This document shows, piece by piece, positions 8,662 to 18,412 of a stretch of DNA of 64,000 nt. Numbering within the stretch: the stretch's first letter is position 1; the number at the start of each line of letters is the position of its first letter. The DNA is taken from the IMG/VR virus record IMGVR_UViG_2718217859_000011, positions 23,757-87,756 of that record, one strand, 5' to 3'. Source of the DNA: a virus. Lineage: Duplodnaviria; Heunggongvirae; Uroviricota; Caudoviricetes. A model generated the notes under the pieces. That model was not told the DNA's origin. It saw only the letters and a program-made list of their open reading frames with translations, and did not search any database. Position numbers and translations under genes: made by a program.

Positions 8662-9651
8662 TTACCCAAGCACGCCGGTTGCAAAGGCGTGATCAAGAAA
8701 ACGAAAAATTAAATCAACCTGAGAACCATGGTTTTCTTCGAACGCCAGCAGATCCGCATGAAGTTCGTTGTGATGCTCCCGGCACAGCGGTAGTGTAAAA
8801 ATATCGTGGGCCTTTGTTCCCATTCCGCCCTGACCATGACCAATCAGGTGATGGGGATCGTCGGCTGGCTTACCACAACACGCACACGGCTGTGTCTTTA
8901 CCCAACGCGTGTATTTCTCATTCACCCAGCGGCGACGTTTGGGGCGTAACATAAAAGACACCGGCGACTCCGGATCCACTTTCAGCGCCAGCACCTTTTT
9001 CGCTTTATCCTGGATGATGCTGGTGGCAGGAACCGAAGGCCCAAGGTCACACTCCCGGGTGACAGACGGCACAACAGGCGTCGGTAATCTCAGTGCCTTA
9101 CGGGCTGCACTTTCCGGTAAGGCATCCGCCAGGTCATTACGAGCCAGCCACCAGCACAGTTCCGGCATTGTCACAACGTGACTGTCATCAAAACCGAGAT
9201 CCCGACGCACAACAGACAACACCCAGCGGGCACAGTTATCCGTTGCCATTGATTCCAGCCGTTCCGTGAACTGATCGCGCAGCTGGTTATCGCAGTGCCA
9301 GCACAGACGGATTGCGCCCGGAGCGTGTCGCATTGTTGTCATGTTCTCGCTGTGCCAGTCGGAATGAAGCCACTGGCAGCCTTTTTCACGAAGTAACCAG
9401 CGTTCAAGACATTCCACGCCACCAGCACGACGGATCACTGCCTCATTGCGGAACACGGCCCGAACGGCAGGATCATCCGCCAGCGGTTGTGATGCCGCCG
9501 GAACGGCACCACTGGCGAAAGATGAATAACGTTCCGGCTCAGGCTCCAGCAGGACACGCCCCTGCATAAACAGGGGCATCAACTCTGAACCTGGCCTGAA
9601 CAATACGATCCCCATACGTGGGGCAATTTCAGGGGTCAGTAGTGCTCTCAA
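8662..9651 (-). CDS. DUF968-type nin-region protein with C-terminal HNH-like motif
   Basis: 329 aa; C-terminal CACCGK...HHLIGHGQGG...LCREHHNELH resembles an HNH/zinc-finger nuclease motif. Confidence 0.55.
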   Translation of the reverse strand: MRALLTPEIAPRMGIVLFRPGSELMPLFMQGRVLLEPEPERYSSFASGAVPAASQPLADDPAVRAVFRNEAVIRRAGGVECLERWLLREKGCQWLHSDWHSENMTTMRHAPGAIRLCWHCDNQLRDQFTERLESMATDNCARWVLSVVRRDLGFDDSHVVTMPELCWWLARNDLADALPESAARKALRLPTPVVPSVTRECDLGPSVPATSIIQDKAKKVLALKVDPESPVSFMLRPKRRRWVNEKYTRWVKTQPCACCGKPADDPHHLIGHGQGGMGTKAHDIFTLPLCREHHNELHADLLAFEENHGSQVDLIFRFLDHAFATGVLG

Positions 9652-9660
9652 CGTAGAACC

Positions 9661-10176
9661 TCACAGCACAATCTGTTTCAGTTTCTGTACCGCTTTCCCC
9701 ATATCCGCCATAGCATCAACAAACTCATCAAATTTACGACTTGCCATTCCATACGCCTGGAGGATTTCCAGTTTCAGAGGATCCAGTTGCTTTTTAATTT
9801 CCGCACGATCATTAAATTTCTTCTCTGCTTCTTCCGCAGCCCTGATCAGCTCCTCAGCATGCCTGCGTAATTCATCCGGAGTAACGGTCTTTTTAATCAC
9901 AACGGGTTCCTCTGTTTTTACTGGTATTTCACTATTTACTGCCTGATGTCCAAATTTAGGATGATGTAACGTTGTAGTTCTTCCATCATTCGCAACGACC
10001 AGAAGTCCACTGTCGCGGATAATGCCAATGAGTATCTCCTTATCCCTTTTATTCAGCAGACTGTACGCCTGCACTTTCTGTGATATCTGGGTCAGTGTTG
10101 CGCCTTCCGGCATTCGTTCAACAAAACGTTTAACCCTGGATAAAACTGGCTGCAGATGGGGTGGTGTAATTCTCAT
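9661..10176 (-). CDS. Hypothetical protein (171 aa, coiled-coil C-terminus)
   Basis: ORF in the nin region; no family recognised. Confidence 0.45.
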   Translation of the reverse strand: MRITPPHLQPVLSRVKRFVERMPEGATLTQISQKVQAYSLLNKRDKEILIGIIRDSGLLVVANDGRTTTLHHPKFGHQAVNSEIPVKTEEPVVIKKTVTPDELRRHAEELIRAAEEAEKKFNDRAEIKKQLDPLKLEILQAYGMASRKFDEFVDAMADMGKAVQKLKQIVL

Positions 10177-10191
10177 GCTCCACGCCTCCCA

Positions 10192-11007
10192 TCAGTGAAC
10201 GGTATCGAGCAGCTTTAACAGCTCAGGGAATCGGGATTCGAAGAAATGCGGCTGCGTCTCGCGCGGATTTGCAGGACTGGTGATGTTCTTGCCGAACATG
10301 CAGCCTTTCGCCGTCAGCGACCAGAATTTTTTGATGTTGTTAATCGCGGTACGGCTGTATCGTTCGCGTTGTTCAACAATCCCCAGCTTCGCCATCTGGT
10401 GATATGCCTGACTAGCCGTCAGGCGGATACCATACTGCTTCAGCAGTGCACTCAGCGACAGCGTAGGGCGGCTTGAACCATCTGGCGCATCAGCAGGTGC
10501 ATCAATGGCATAGATCGGCATAAGTTCAGGAAGACCTGCTACCTTTGATAATTTCTGGTATGCACCAAGTTTCGAGGAGTTTGACAGATTTAGAGTCTTT
10601 GCTGCTGATTCAAGCAGAATGACCCCGGATTTAATTTTGTCGGATGTGGTTTCTTCTGGTGATGAATTATGAAGCGCATCAAAAGTACGTATCACTTTTA
10701 AGCTGAATGCCGGGCTGATCCACATTGCATATGCATAGACCAGCTCTTTACAGACATACGTCCCACCATTGCGCCCCTGAATGGTGATGACAGGAATACT
10801 ACGGGAATCTCCCGTAGTTTCTTCTTCCAGTAATTCCACAAGAGCCTTCGTTTCAGGACGACGCATAAACTCGTGAACTTCCAGCGAACGGGAGGAGCGA
10901 TTCTCACCAGCGGCAAGAAGAGCAGCTTTCTGAAGGTCGTTAAGACAGTAGTTAGATTCAAAGTACTGGCGCACAGAAACGCCATCAATTACAAGCAACT
11001 GATTCAT
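10192..11007 (-). CDS. KilA-N domain protein (antirepressor-like)
   Basis: Start at 11007 with GGAGAA RBS; N-terminal KilA-N-like segment (GRNGGTYVCKELVYAYAMWISPAFSLKVI). Confidence 0.6.
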   Translation of the reverse strand: MNQLLVIDGVSVRQYFESNYCLNDLQKAALLAAGENRSSRSLEVHEFMRRPETKALVELLEEETTGDSRSIPVITIQGRNGGTYVCKELVYAYAMWISPAFSLKVIRTFDALHNSSPEETTSDKIKSGVILLESAAKTLNLSNSSKLGAYQKLSKVAGLPELMPIYAIDAPADAPDGSSRPTLSLSALLKQYGIRLTASQAYHQMAKLGIVEQRERYSRTAINNIKKFWSLTAKGCMFGKNITSPANPRETQPHFFESRFPELLKLLDTVH

Positions 11008-11158
11008 TGGTTTCTCCACAAATTTCGGGACTGCACTCCCTTTTCGTTGATGCAAGATGAACTTACTGCGATTTTTAATAGTTATCAAGGATACACTGTT
11101 CATAAATACAGTATCTTTAACGAGGTAATACCCAAATTTAGGGTGTTGCTCAATTCCG

Positions 11159-11554
11159 TTACCGAGTTGCTAATTTGCAACTCGCTTTTTCGTACTTACT
11201 GATAGTGATCTCGACCTTACCTTCCGGGATAACCGGTCCCCACTCCACCAGCATTCTTTTCACCTGACTGTCGTCTTCCCACACCCCCGCGTGGGTCAGG
11301 GCGTCAAACAGCGCCTTGTTATAGTTGTCCAGATCGCGGATCCGGTTATCCGGAGGAAACAACACGATCTCCACTGAAGCAGGTGCCGACGTTGGTTTCG
11401 GCAGACGACGTAACTGCTCAACTATTGCTGCGCACGCCGCGCTCTGGAATTTTCGCCCCGCCGCGCTTATCAGGCTCTTACCAGCAAACGCCCCTTTGTT
11501 GGGGTGTCGCCAGTACGTGTTCACGCTGGGCGGGAAAGGCAGTATTAGCTTCAT
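11159..11554 (-). CDS. Second RusA-family resolvase paralog
   Basis: 131 aa; PPSVNTYWRH and NRIRDLDNYNKALFDALTHAGVWEDD match the RusA signature. Confidence 0.7.
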   Translation of the reverse strand: MKLILPFPPSVNTYWRHPNKGAFAGKSLISAAGRKFQSAACAAIVEQLRRLPKPTSAPASVEIVLFPPDNRIRDLDNYNKALFDALTHAGVWEDDSQVKRMLVEWGPVIPEGKVEITISKYEKASCKLATR

Positions 11555-11877
11555 ACTTTCAGGCCCCTCTCATGTAACCAGTGGGTTGCACGCAGCCTGG
11601 CGTTTTCCTCACCGGCAAGCAGTGAGCGGATAATCCCGACCGCCTCGCTGTCGTCGTCCTTCATCGCAGTATGAAGCGTTATCCCCCGGGCCACGCCACG
11701 CTTTATCGTGATGACGCCTTTTTTCTCCAGTGCGCGAAGATGCTCCACCGCTGCATTCACTGAACGGTATCCCAGCATGGTTGCCACCTCCTGATTGGTT
11801 GGCGGGAAGCCACGTTCTTGCTGGTAAGAAATCAGCATATCCAGCACCTGCTGCTGACATTGAGTTAACGTCGTCAT
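11551..11877 (-). CDS. LexA-like N-terminal DNA-binding domain protein (no peptidase domain)
   Basis: 108 aa from MTTLTQCQQQVLDMLISYQQERGFPPTNQEVATMLGYRSVNAAVEHLRALEKKGVI (LexA-type winged HTH); TAATG stop/start overlap with the upstream gene. Confidence 0.5.
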   Translation of the reverse strand: MTTLTQCQQQVLDMLISYQQERGFPPTNQEVATMLGYRSVNAAVEHLRALEKKGVITIKRGVARGITLHTAMKDDDSEAVGIIRSLLAGEENARLRATHWLHERGLKV

Positions 11878-12371
11878 TAAGCCCCCACGTAATTCCCTGA
11901 CAGATACCATTCATCACCCGATACAGCGCGCTTGCTGCTTTTCCGTAAGCACCGCTCACGACGCGCCAGAAAATTGTTTCGTTCTGGCTGGGAGTGGCTT
12001 TCACGGAATGCCTCCATCCACACCGTTGCAGCTCGACGGAATAAGCTCCTAGACTCCAGTTCTTCAGCCTGGCGGGTCAGGCACAAAATCACCCGGGGGT
12101 CGTTAGTGCCGACATAGAAATTGCGCACAGGTCTGGTTTCACGAACAGATTGTGGTTCCGGCTCCTGCGCTCTCTCAGTCAGGCGCGGGAAATGTCTGCG
12201 TGTATCTCCTTCACAACGGTGAGCCACACGCCCACTCTGACGTAACTTGCTTGCTGACTGCAGAACGCGCTGCCGTGAGTAACCAGCAAAAGCATCCGCA
12301 ATGTCTCCGGAAGTACACCCCGGATGGGCTTCAATGAATTTCTGAACTTCATTCAAAAGACTCATAATCAC
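11877..12371 (-). CDS. Hypothetical protein (164 aa) in the position of the replication partner gene
   Basis: ATGA overlap with the stop of the O-like fragment; no DnaC or lambda P signature seen. Confidence 0.45.
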   Translation of the reverse strand: MIMSLLNEVQKFIEAHPGCTSGDIADAFAGYSRQRVLQSASKLRQSGRVAHRCEGDTRRHFPRLTERAQEPEPQSVRETRPVRNFYVGTNDPRVILCLTRQAEELESRSLFRRAATVWMEAFRESHSQPERNNFLARRERCLRKSSKRAVSGDEWYLSGNYVGA

Positions 12372-12769
12372 CCCCTGAATCCTGCCGGGATCTGGCTGTA
12401 GTCCACGTTGTCGTAACTGGCTTTGAAGTACGGGTCCTCGCGTCTGGCTGCAGATACTGCAGGAACTTCCCAGGATTCTTCGAAATGACGATCCGGACCA
12501 AAGAACGTGACAGCCTGTTTCACAAATTGTGTGCCGCTGTTACCCATCGCAGATACCCAGCCCGCGTAGCGTTTCACACCTTCCAGCATGGTTTCGGGGT
12601 TTACCCCCTCATTCAAACGGGCTTTCCAGGCTTTGAAGGCTGCAGATTTTAAATTGCCACCAGCACGTTTGGGATAGGCCAGCCATGCCTGCTCAAACTC
12701 CGGAGAGTATTCCGGTCGGTTTGAACGAACTCGCACAGACTCATCAGCAGATGCACCAACAGCTATTGG

Positions 12770-12925
12770 TTCATTGACTGGTTCTTTGACTGGTTCAAAA
12801 GAGTGACTGGTTCTGGGTGAATCTCCTGCACTACCCCCTGGTGCAACTCCTGCACTACCTGGTGAATTTGCTGCACCAGATAGTGAATTATTTGCACTAC
12901 CCCCTAGTGAATCTCCTGCACCATC
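12770..12925. repeat. Iteron-like direct repeats (lambdoid ori within the O gene)
   Basis: Tandem imperfect repeats (tgactggttc x3; tgcactacc..ggtgaat units) that remain in frame and encode GSAG-type linker repeats. Confidence 0.5.
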
Positions 12926-12946
12926 AAGATGAAGGAGATAGATATT

Positions 12947-12951
12947 ACTTG
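12947..12951. repeat. Target-site duplication ACTTG (left copy) of the Mu-like insertion
   Basis: Identical 5 bp at 51963-51967. Confidence 0.6.
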
Positions 12952-13110
12952 TGTGGGGTAGTGATCAATTCTGGGCGGACTTAGTGCAGCCTGGTAGAAC
13001 CAGCAAGCCTTGTGTGGCGCGGGGTGTGGTGATTTAGTGTGATTCTGGGCGGATTTGTGAGAAATGACCAAAAACGCTTTTTTTTGCGCTTTTTTCTGGG
13101 CGCTTTTGAT
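12952..13110. repeat. Mu-like left end with three direct TTCTGGGCG-containing repeats (putative transposase binding sites)
   Basis: caattctgggcgga (12966-), gattctgggcgga (13040-), ttttctgggcgc (13093-); terminal TG. Confidence 0.5.
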
Positions 13111-13263
13111 CTGGTTCTGCTACAAACTTAACGGGTTTTAAATGCTTTTAAAAAAGTGTTTTATCCTTACCCGTTTTCCTCAATTTGTTCTCATCTGTGT
13201 GTTCGGTTTTGTTGTGGTTATTGCTGATTAGCTAACAGCACACGCCCCGCCAAAACGAGGCGC

Positions 13264-13926
13264 TTATGCTGATTTCTTGTTTACAGGCTTAGTTTCTTGC
13301 TCCGGTGTGACGGGAACGCGATCACCTGGTGTTCCAGCACAGAAAATAGCTTTGGCGCGGCGCAAAATCTCTTTGTCATTTTCCTCATCGCCAGCTAATG
13401 CCATGCAAACAGCGTCTTTAAGCGATTGCCTGATGTTCAGGCTTTGAATGGCCTTCCTTTGTTCCTCAAGTTCGCTATCGGCTTGCTTGGTTTGCCTGGT
13501 GGGTTGCTGTAGGCGTTCAAGGACTCCTTTGATGCCAATACAACACAGCATATCAATAAGACGCTCTCTATCTTCTGGAGTAGCTCGCCTTAGTATTTCA
13601 TCGACAATACTTGTGTTTGGGCGGTTAACGTCTTCTGTAGGCACCTTTTTTTCTATTATTGGATCACGATCGCCCTCACCGTAGACCAGCCATTCCAGTG
13701 ATACATTCTCTAATTTTGCTATCGTAGCGACCACATTTAGGCCGGGAGTGGTGCCTTTCTCAAAGTAGTTATTTATGGTCGAGTACGGCAACCCCCAGTC
13801 TGAGGTGGCTTTACGCAGACTCCTAGTGCCAACCAGTTGCTTGATTCTGTCCTGAATGCTTTCTTTTCTATTCTGAGAAAAGGAAAAATCATCGGCGGTT
13901 TGTTTACTCACTTTCTTTCCTCTCAA
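13264..13926 (-). CDS. Mu-like repressor (c / Repc family)
   Basis: 220 aa, divergent from ner; N-terminal DNA-binding region and C-terminal region resembling Mu repressor. Confidence 0.65.
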   Translation of the reverse strand: MRGKKVSKQTADDFSFSQNRKESIQDRIKQLVGTRSLRKATSDWGLPYSTINNYFEKGTTPGLNVVATIAKLENVSLEWLVYGEGDRDPIIEKKVPTEDVNRPNTSIVDEILRRATPEDRERLIDMLCCIGIKGVLERLQQPTRQTKQADSELEEQRKAIQSLNIRQSLKDAVCMALAGDEENDKEILRRAKAIFCAGTPGDRVPVTPEQETKPVNKKSA

Positions 13927-14040
13927 TCTATTGATTTACAACACATTTCTACAAAAAGACTTTCTTTTCACCAAAGCAAGAAAAGAAAGCTTGTAATTTT
14001 CTATTTATGGATCAATACTTATATCCGAAGGGATAACACG

Positions 14041-14062
14041 GCGGTGTTATCCGCACGGATAA
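14041..14062. promoter_or_regulatory. Perfect palindrome GGATAACAC-ggcg-GTGTTATCC in the c/ner intergenic region (candidate operator)
   Basis: 9-bp inverted arms with 4-bp spacer; additional GGATAAC half-site at 14066-14072. Confidence 0.4.
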
Positions 14063-14079
14063 CTTTTAAGGGTAACCTA

Positions 14080-14316
14080 ATGATGGTTAGAAATGAAGTA
14101 ATGAACAAAGACTGGCACCGCGAGTACATCGTTGCCGCTGTGCACACCAAAGGTTTTACATTGCGTGAACTTTCTGAACGCGCTGGTCTAAAAAAAGACT
14201 CTTTAAAAAATGCACTGTATCGCTCATGCCCTAAATATGAACGCATCATAGCCGATGCTATTGGTGTGGAACCTGCGGAGATCTGGCCAAGCCGGTATGC
14301 CAGTAAGGCGGCGTAA
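14080..14316 (+). CDS. ner: Ner-like DNA-binding protein
   Basis: 78 aa; WHREYIVAAVHTKGFTLRELSERAGL...IADAIGVEPAEIWPSRY resembles Mu Ner/Nlp. Confidence 0.8.
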   Translation: MMVRNEVMNKDWHREYIVAAVHTKGFTLRELSERAGLKKDSLKNALYRSCPKYERIIADAIGVEPAEIWPSRYASKAA

Positions 14317-16358
14317 TGTTTTATTCAGCCAATGAGCTGGCCGGTCTTCCTGGTTTGCCCGGTACAGTTCAGGGGGTGCGCTGGACGCTCAATCGGATCA
14401 CAGATACGCACCCGGAATGGAAGCGCAAGCGCGAAGGCACCAAAGCATTCGAGTATCACATCGACTGCCTGCCCGCTGAAGCGCAGAAAGTTTTACGTAA
14501 GCGCCTGACCCATCAGGTTCTGGAAGATGCACAACTGCCCGCCGTGGTTGAGCAGAAGGCAGTTAAAAACGTCGCCGTTCGCGATGAACTGGAAGTGATG
14601 GTCAAATGCCCGGAACTGGCATTACGCGAAGTCCAGGCACTGACCGACAAGCAAAAGGCCATTGCTGATGCGCGGATATTGCTGGCTACTGAAGTGCATA
14701 AACTGCGTGAATACGCCGGAATGACCAGGAAGGCCGCGTTAAAGCACATCGTTGATGGTGTGCGCATGGGGGCGTTGCCTGACCGCATTATCGAAGCAGC
14801 GAATACTGCAAATGCACGTCAGGGAAAGCGAACCGGTGTCAGCACCGGCAGCCTGGATAGCTGGTACTCCAGCTGGGTGATGGCGCGCGGTGATGCCAAT
14901 CAGTTACTGGCGTTACTGGCTCCCGGTCATCATAAGGGAACACCGTGGGAGCAGGTCTGGTGGTTGAGCGATTTCTTTATGTTCTATCGCTCATGGAAGC
15001 GCCCGACCGTTGAATATGCGTATCGCGAGTTTTCAGCCTGGTGGCATGAGAAGCACGCGAACGATGCGGGAATGCTGGCGGCACTGCCTTCCGTTCACGC
15101 AGTAAGACGGGTATTAAGCAGTGTCCCGGTGATTGTTAAGGAGCGTTTCCGCTCCACCGGTTCAGCCTGGCGTTCGCTCAATCCCTTTGTGCGACGCGAC
15201 TGGAGCACATTACCGGTTAATGCGGTATGGGTCGGGGATGGTCACTGTATGAAACTGATGGCATTCAGCCCTGCCACCGGGAATACATTCCGGCCAGAAG
15301 TGACGCTGGTTATGGATGCAGGACAACGCTTTATTGTGGGCTGGTCGCTGTCCCTGTCGGAGAACGTGGTGGCCGTTGCTGATGCATTGCGTCATGGCAT
15401 GTCACAACACGGAATACCGCTGATTTATTACTCCGATAACGGGGGCGGTGAAAAAAACCGGGTGCTTGATGCCGATATTACCGGGATTTTGCCCCGGCTG
15501 GGTGTGGAACATCACACGGGGATACCAGGTAACCCGCAGGGGCGCGGGGTAATAGAACGGGCAAACAAAGGAATACCCAAAGATGTGGCTCTGAGTTTCC
15601 AGACGTACTGCTCAAAAAATGCAGACAAGGAAACGGTGATGATGCAGCAACGCATCACACAGTCAGCCATTAAGGCCACCCACAAAGGGAAGGAGCTGAC
15701 AAAGCGGCAGGTTAAAGCAATGGGAGAAGTCCCCACCTTTGAGCAATTGATGGCCGCAATAGAGCTGGAGGTAAAACGGTATAACAACCGCCCACACAGC
15801 AGCCTTCCCCGCAAAGAGGATGGCGAACATTACAGCCCGGCAGCGTATCGCCGGAAACTGATAAAAGAGCAGAAAGCTGAAATCGACATGCTGTCGCCGG
15901 AAGAACTTCACGAAATGTTCCGACCGGAAAGCATCTGCACAGTGCGACGCGGTGAAGTGGTGTTATTCAGAAACATCTATTTCTCCACAGAACTGGCAGC
16001 AGAGCACGGAAATGAAGTCAGGGTTTGTTACGACATTCACGACGCAAACAGCGTGATTGTCAGGCGGATGGACGGTTCTTATATCTGCGATGCCATCTGG
16101 AACGGTAACAAGGTTGATGCGTTCCCTAAAGCTGTTATCGAACAACAGCAGGAGAAACGCACCAGAGGCCGCATTGCACGGGCCGCGCAGAAAATCGAAG
16201 AGGCTAAACGCGAGCTTACTCCGGCTATTACGCAGAAACCTGACTTTAATTTTGGATTTGGTCTGGAGCGCCCGGAGAAAAAGGAAAAAGAAGAACTTTA
16301 TTTATTCGCATCTGAACGCGAACGCAATTTAAAGAAAAACGGCACAAACAACCGTTAA
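14316..16358 (+). CDS. A: Mu-type DDE transposase A
   Basis: 680 aa; N-terminal end-binding region (ANELAGLPGLPGT) and DDE core resembling MuA; followed by the B gene. Confidence 0.85.
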   Translation: MFYSANELAGLPGLPGTVQGVRWTLNRITDTHPEWKRKREGTKAFEYHIDCLPAEAQKVLRKRLTHQVLEDAQLPAVVEQKAVKNVAVRDELEVMVKCPELALREVQALTDKQKAIADARILLATEVHKLREYAGMTRKAALKHIVDGVRMGALPDRIIEAANTANARQGKRTGVSTGSLDSWYSSWVMARGDANQLLALLAPGHHKGTPWEQVWWLSDFFMFYRSWKRPTVEYAYREFSAWWHEKHANDAGMLAALPSVHAVRRVLSSVPVIVKERFRSTGSAWRSLNPFVRRDWSTLPVNAVWVGDGHCMKLMAFSPATGNTFRPEVTLVMDAGQRFIVGWSLSLSENVVAVADALRHGMSQHGIPLIYYSDNGGGEKNRVLDADITGILPRLGVEHHTGIPGNPQGRGVIERANKGIPKDVALSFQTYCSKNADKETVMMQQRITQSAIKATHKGKELTKRQVKAMGEVPTFEQLMAAIELEVKRYNNRPHSSLPRKEDGEHYSPAAYRRKLIKEQKAEIDMLSPEELHEMFRPESICTVRRGEVVLFRNIYFSTELAAEHGNEVRVCYDIHDANSVIVRRMDGSYICDAIWNGNKVDAFPKAVIEQQQEKRTRGRIARAAQKIEEAKRELTPAITQKPDFNFGFGLERPEKKEKEELYLFASERERNLKKNGTNNR

Positions 16359-16376
16359 TTTAAAAGGTATTTAATT

Positions 16377-17270
16377 ATGAGTTTAATTACGCAATTAAAT
16401 GACGTAATGGCCCGTCGCGGCTATACGCAGACCCACGTCGCCCGTGCTATTGGTCGTAGCAGCGCCGTTATCAGCCAGTATTTGCAGGGTAAATATCAGG
16501 GCGATATGTCTGATATTGAAGAACGCATTTCTGCCTTTGTGACCCGTGAGCGGGAAAAAGAAAACAGCCGCCGTATTAAAGCAAAGTTTGTGACCACCGG
16601 TATGGCTGCCAAAGGACTGGAGGTGCTGGCCTACGCTCACCTGGAATGTGAAATCTGTGTGCTGTATGGCGCAGCAGGTCTTGGCAAAACAATGATTCTG
16701 CGTGAATACGCCGCCAGAAACCGGGATGCGGTCCTGATTGAAGCCGACCCGGGCTATACAGCCAGAACACTGCTTGAGGAGCTGTGCCGCCAGCTGGGGG
16801 TAAAAGTTCGCGGCAATATCCACGAACTGATTGATGCATGTGTGCGAGAACTGCGTGATTCCGGTCGTCTGCTGATGGTGGACGAGGCTGAACTGCTCCC
16901 CTATCGCGCACTGGAGGTTCTGCGCCGTCTGCATGACAAAGCGGGTATCGGGGTTGTTCTGGCGGGTATGCCTCGCCTTCTGATTAACCTCAAGGGGCGT
17001 CGTGGTGAGTTCGCCCAGTTATACAGCCGCGTGGCGCTGGCGCTTAACCTGGGCGATACGTTGTCGCAGGAAGATTTTAACCAGATAGCTACCGGGTTGA
17101 TGCCGGAAGCAGCAGAGCCGGAAATCAGCGAGGCGCTTTATACACGTTCGCTGGGTAATGCCCGCCGTCTGTTCAAGCTGGCGCGTGGTGTGTACCGGAT
17201 TTGTGATATCAGCGATGCGCCGGTCAGTGTGCAGGCCATTGATAAATTCGCAGAAATGTTAATTCACTGA
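16377..17270 (+). CDS. B: Mu B-like ATP-dependent target-DNA activator
   Basis: 297 aa; N-terminal HTH, Walker A GAAGLGKT, Walker B LLMVDEAE. Confidence 0.8.
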   Translation: MSLITQLNDVMARRGYTQTHVARAIGRSSAVISQYLQGKYQGDMSDIEERISAFVTREREKENSRRIKAKFVTTGMAAKGLEVLAYAHLECEICVLYGAAGLGKTMILREYAARNRDAVLIEADPGYTARTLLEELCRQLGVKVRGNIHELIDACVRELRDSGRLLMVDEAELLPYRALEVLRRLHDKAGIGVVLAGMPRLLINLKGRRGEFAQLYSRVALALNLGDTLSQEDFNQIATGLMPEAAEPEISEALYTRSLGNARRLFKLARGVYRICDISDAPVSVQAIDKFAEMLIH

Positions 17271-17509
17271 TGGAGAACAAGACGATGGACAAGCAGACCA
17301 TTAACGCCGTCCGTTCCCGTGCCCGTGTGGCCATCCACACCACTGGTGGTCGTGTAACGGGACAACATCACCGTTTACCTGTGGTTTATGCCTGCCCGCC
17401 CGTGGGTGGTCCTGTATGGCCGGTAACGGAAATCATCCAGACATTCAGCGGCCTGCGCCGCGTGGTTAAAACGTCCTGTATCGACGGCTGCACCGTCGTA
17501 TGGCAATGA
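17270..17509 (+). CDS. Hypothetical early protein (79 aa)
   Basis: ATGA overlap with B stop. Confidence 0.4.
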   Translation: MENKTMDKQTINAVRSRARVAIHTTGGRVTGQHHRLPVVYACPPVGGPVWPVTEIIQTFSGLRRVVKTSCIDGCTVVWQ

Positions 17510-17521
17510 GAGGAAATCAGA

Positions 17522-17737
17522 ATGGCGGTCAAGTTAGAAGTAATTATCTATACCGATGAAAACGGTACGCTTCGTGTCAGGAGCATGGGGGCTGTTGATA
17601 AAAAAGGATTTACGGATGAAGAGGTCGGAGTAAGACAACGGTTATGGGAGGTAATGAATCAAACTCTTAATAAAGAATTTAACGGCGTTGATTTATTTTC
17701 TGTTGGCGTGGAACCCTGCGCGCAAAACACACATTAA
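17522..17737 (+). CDS. Hypothetical early protein (71 aa)
   Basis: ORF with RBS in the Mu-like semi-essential early region. Confidence 0.4.
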   Translation: MAVKLEVIIYTDENGTLRVRSMGAVDKKGFTDEEVGVRQRLWEVMNQTLNKEFNGVDLFSVGVEPCAQNTH

Positions 17738-17766
17738 TTTGTAAATATCACTGAGGTAATTTAATT

Positions 17767-18411
17767 ATGACGACTGAAAATAAAGTTAAGCAATACACGA
17801 AAACTGAAGCGCCTGAAGGTTACTGGGTGGATGCCCGTGGCGTAATGACACCTGAAAGTCTTATCAAAGATATTGACCGCGACCGTGAGCAGCTGGTCGG
17901 TGAGCTTGTGGAGATGGTGATTGCTGCCTCCGCCTCACTGCGTGAACTGAAACTGCGTGCGTTTGGTGATATTCAGGCGTTTATTGACCTGTCGGCGGAG
18001 AAATACGGCGCTGTGAAAGGCGGTAAAAAAGGGAATATCACGCTTTACAGCTTTGACGGGCGTTACAAGATTCAGCGCGCCATGCAGGACCGTATCGCGT
18101 TTGATGAACGCATTCAGACCGCGAAGTCGCTGATTGATGATTGCCTGGCTGACTGGACGGAAGGTGCACGTCCTGAAATAAAAGCCATCATCAGCGAAGC
18201 ATTCAGCACGGACAAGGAAGGCAACATCAACACCGGGCGCGTTCTGGCTCTGCGTCGTCTCGATATTACGGAGGAGCGCTGGGATAACGCCATGAAACTG
18301 ATTGGTGAAGCCGTCCAGGTGGTTGGCAGCAAAAGCTATATCCGCGTGTATGAGCGCGTCGGTGATTCCGACGAATACCGCGCAATCCCGCTTGATATTG
18401 CAGGGGTTTAA
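17767..18411 (+). CDS. Mu-like early-region protein (214 aa)
   Basis: ORF typical of Mu-like early regions; family not resolved by eye. Confidence 0.45.
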   Translation: MTTENKVKQYTKTEAPEGYWVDARGVMTPESLIKDIDRDREQLVGELVEMVIAASASLRELKLRAFGDIQAFIDLSAEKYGAVKGGKKGNITLYSFDGRYKIQRAMQDRIAFDERIQTAKSLIDDCLADWTEGARPEIKAIISEAFSTDKEGNINTGRVLALRRLDITEERWDNAMKLIGEAVQVVGSKSYIRVYERVGDSDEYRAIPLDIAGV

Positions 18412-18412
18412 C

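Larger units (their letters stand above)
12368..12951 (-). pseudogene. 3' fragment of lambdoid O-like replication initiator gene (disrupted by Mu-like insertion)
   Basis: Open frame runs from the insertion junction at 12951 to the stop at 12368; encodes a Gly/Ser-rich linker (iteron-coded) and a C-terminal domain; in frame with the 5' fragment at 51963-52202 once the insertion and one duplication copy are removed. Confidence 0.6.

Noticed and set aside
12770-12925. Tandem repeats that superficially resemble a short CRISPR array
   Set aside because: Repeats are short, imperfect, contiguous with no unique spacers of regular length, and stay in frame inside a coding sequence; they fit replication-origin iterons, not CRISPR.
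16395-16934. 179-aa minus-strand ORF
   Set aside because: Antisense to the B ATPase gene, which has clear Walker motifs on the plus strand.
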